From: Acidimicrobiales bacterium
GTDB taxonomy: Bacteria; Actinomycetota; Acidimicrobiia; Acidimicrobiales; Bin134
Length of the DNA stretch: 64,000 nt
Assembly (NCBI GenBank): GCA_965200775.1
Contig: OZ241383.1
Span: forward strand, 132,280-196,279
Reading direction: 5' to 3'
The notes beneath the pieces are model-generated. The model was not told the origin of the DNA. It saw only the letters and a list, made by a program, of their open reading frames with translations, and did no database searches. Made by a program: the position numbers and the translations under genes. Positions 62,635 through 64,000 of the stretch are shown here, in pieces (within the stretch, counting starts at the first letter, position 1; every line of letters starts with the position of its first letter).

Positions 62635-63849
62635 ATGACCATCGATGTCGCGGTGCTCTCTTTGCACACCTCACCTTTGTCCCAGCCGGGCGTGGGCGAC
62701 AGCGGCGGCATGAACGTGTACGTGCGGGAGATGGCTGCGGCGCTGGCCCACGGGGGAAGCGAGTGCCGTGTTTACGTGCGCCGCGGGCAAGACGGCCAAC
62801 CCGACGAGGTACCCGTCGAACCCGGCGTGACCGTGGTCCACATTGATGCCGGGCCCCCGGATCTGGCCAAGGAGGAACTTTCCGGCGTGGTGGATGAGTT
62901 TGCTGCCGGAGTTCTGGCCGATTTTCACCGCCGGGGATGCCCCGATGTGATTCACGCCAACTACTGGCTTTCGGGGGTTGCCGCCCACCGGGTCAAGCAC
63001 GCCGTCGAGGTGCCGCTGGCCGTTACCTTCCACACCCTCGCTCGGGTGAAGTCGGCCACCGGCGACCCGGAGTCCGAACAGAGGGCCCGGGCCGAGCTCG
63101 ATGTGATCGGCTGCTCTGACGCCATCATCGCCTCCTGTCGGCCCGAGGCTCAGCAGCTTCGGAGCCTCTACGACGCTCCTGCCGAGAGGATCGAGTTGGC
63201 CCCGCCAGGGGTGGAGCACGCCCTGTTCTCCCCCGGCGACCGGGAGGGGGCTCGACGCGCTCTCGGTTTGGGCGACGGGCCGGTGCTGCTGTTCGTGGGC
63301 CGGATCCAACCCCTGAAGCGGCCCTTGGTGGCCGTGGAGACGCTGGCCTGCCTCAACCGCTCGGACGCCCGCCTGCTGGTGGTAGGAGGGCCCAGCGGCC
63401 CCGAGGGAGCCGATGAACTCGAGAGATTGCGGAATCGCATTCGGGCGCTGGGAGTGCAGGATCAGGTGACCCTGGTTCCTCCCCGGCCCCACCATCTGCT
63501 CTCCACCTACTACCGGGCCGCCGACGTTGTGCTGGCTCCGAGCCGCAGCGAATCGTTCGGTTTGGTGGCGTTGGAAGCGGCTGCGTGCGGAACCCCGGTG
63601 GTGGCTGCGCCGGTAGGTGGCCTGCGCTCGGTAGTGGATCAGGGCCGCACCGGTTTGCTGGTGAAAGAGGCGACTCCCGAGGCGTTCGCAGGCCAGGCCG
63701 CCAGGGTCATTGAGAACCCGCTGTTCGCTGCCGAGATGGCCATGAACGCCGCCGAGCGGGGGCTGTCCTACTCGTGGACGGCCATGGCTCAGTCTCTGCG
63801 GGCTGCCTACCAGAAGATCCTGAACCGGGTTCCCGTCGACTGCACATGA
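62635..63849 (+). CDS. mshA: D-inositol-3-phosphate glycosyltransferase (mycothiol biosynthesis), GT4
   Basis: VAVLSLHTSPLSQPGVGDSGGMNVYVREMAAALA is the MshA signature. It has a C-terminal GT4 E-x7-E region (PSRSESFGLVALEAAACGTPVVA). Confidence 0.9.
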   Translation: MTIDVAVLSLHTSPLSQPGVGDSGGMNVYVREMAAALAHGGSECRVYVRRGQDGQPDEVPVEPGVTVVHIDAGPPDLAKEELSGVVDEFAAGVLADFHRRGCPDVIHANYWLSGVAAHRVKHAVEVPLAVTFHTLARVKSATGDPESEQRARAELDVIGCSDAIIASCRPEAQQLRSLYDAPAERIELAPPGVEHALFSPGDREGARRALGLGDGPVLLFVGRIQPLKRPLVAVETLACLNRSDARLLVVGGPSGPEGADELERLRNRIRALGVQDQVTLVPPRPHHLLSTYYRAADVVLAPSRSESFGLVALEAAACGTPVVAAPVGGLRSVVDQGRTGLLVKEATPEAFAGQAARVIENPLFAAEMAMNAAERGLSYSWTAMAQSLRAAYQKILNRVPVDCT

Positions 63850-64000
63850 AGGGGCGGGACGGCGAGGGCGGCGACCGCTCGCTGCTGCCACGCGACGAGC
63901 TGCTGGCGCTGGAATCGAAAATCGACGCCTGGCTGGACGACCAGCTTCACACCAATCCAACCGTGCTGACCATCGACCGGGGCGAGCCCGGGCAGCGGCG
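63846..64000 (+). CDS. Hypothetical protein, 5' part (3' end lies outside the window)
   Basis: ATG 63846 overlaps the mshA stop (ATGA). The frame is open to the window end (MKGRDGEGGDRSLLPRDELLALESKIDAWLDD...). Confidence 0.4.
   Translation, partial: MKGRDGEGGDRSLLPRDELLALESKIDAWLDDQLHTNPTVLTIDRGEPGQR

Overview
Segment of a high-G+C actinobacterial chromosome. The assignment rests on the mycothiol gene mshA and on rel/aaRS/aro synteny typical of Actinomycetota; the exact lineage needs a database search. All calls come from manual motif reading of the supplied ORF track and the sequence, with no similarity search or statistics.

Core blocks:
- secD-secF-apt-rel-hisS (1-5907).
- aspS-rarA-alaS-ruvX-mltG-aroE-prepilin peptidase-aroK-aroB-aroQ-pepP (17158-29571).
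- Lipoprotein, DsbA-like protein, cysteine desulfurase and mnmA (29568-33449).
- A ~16-kb minus-strand inositol-type catabolic and ABC-uptake cluster (33499-49277). It contains a fused MocD/MocE-like di-iron oxygenase-Rieske gene.
- A HAD hydrolase and an unusually long ligA with a duplicated HhH module (50122-52947).
- vapBC, followed by a decayed accessory patch (53765-59183): a DUF222-HNH pseudogene, a multi-FN3 surface-protein pseudogene and an IS481-type transposase.
- ADH, lipoprotein, tRNA-Lys(UUU), a MoaD-like protein and mshA.

The most unusual part is the ~11-kb hisS-aspS interval (5908-17157).
- It carries a Schlafen/AlbA_2-type ATPase gene flanked by two copies of a ~50-nt palindromic element.
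- It carries a second, diverged copy of the hisS 3' end and a second copy of the aspS 5' end. These bracket a foreign segment.
- Inside that segment is a visibly AT-richer block (about 8062-13121). It holds a beta-class DNA methyltransferase fused to an HNH nuclease, a Cys-rich ORF, nested IS3/IS256 wrecks, candidate small Cys-rich secreted peptides, and a small 3-TM protein behind a near-consensus promoter.
- The methyltransferase 5' end runs through a (GA)13 repeat that is currently out of frame. This looks like a contingency (phase-variation) switch.
- A high-G+C nucleotidyltransferase-HEPN-like fusion, an epimerase and a CotH-family lipoprotein follow.

No CRISPR array and no rRNA were seen. 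Short exact duplications recur at gene termini across the window.
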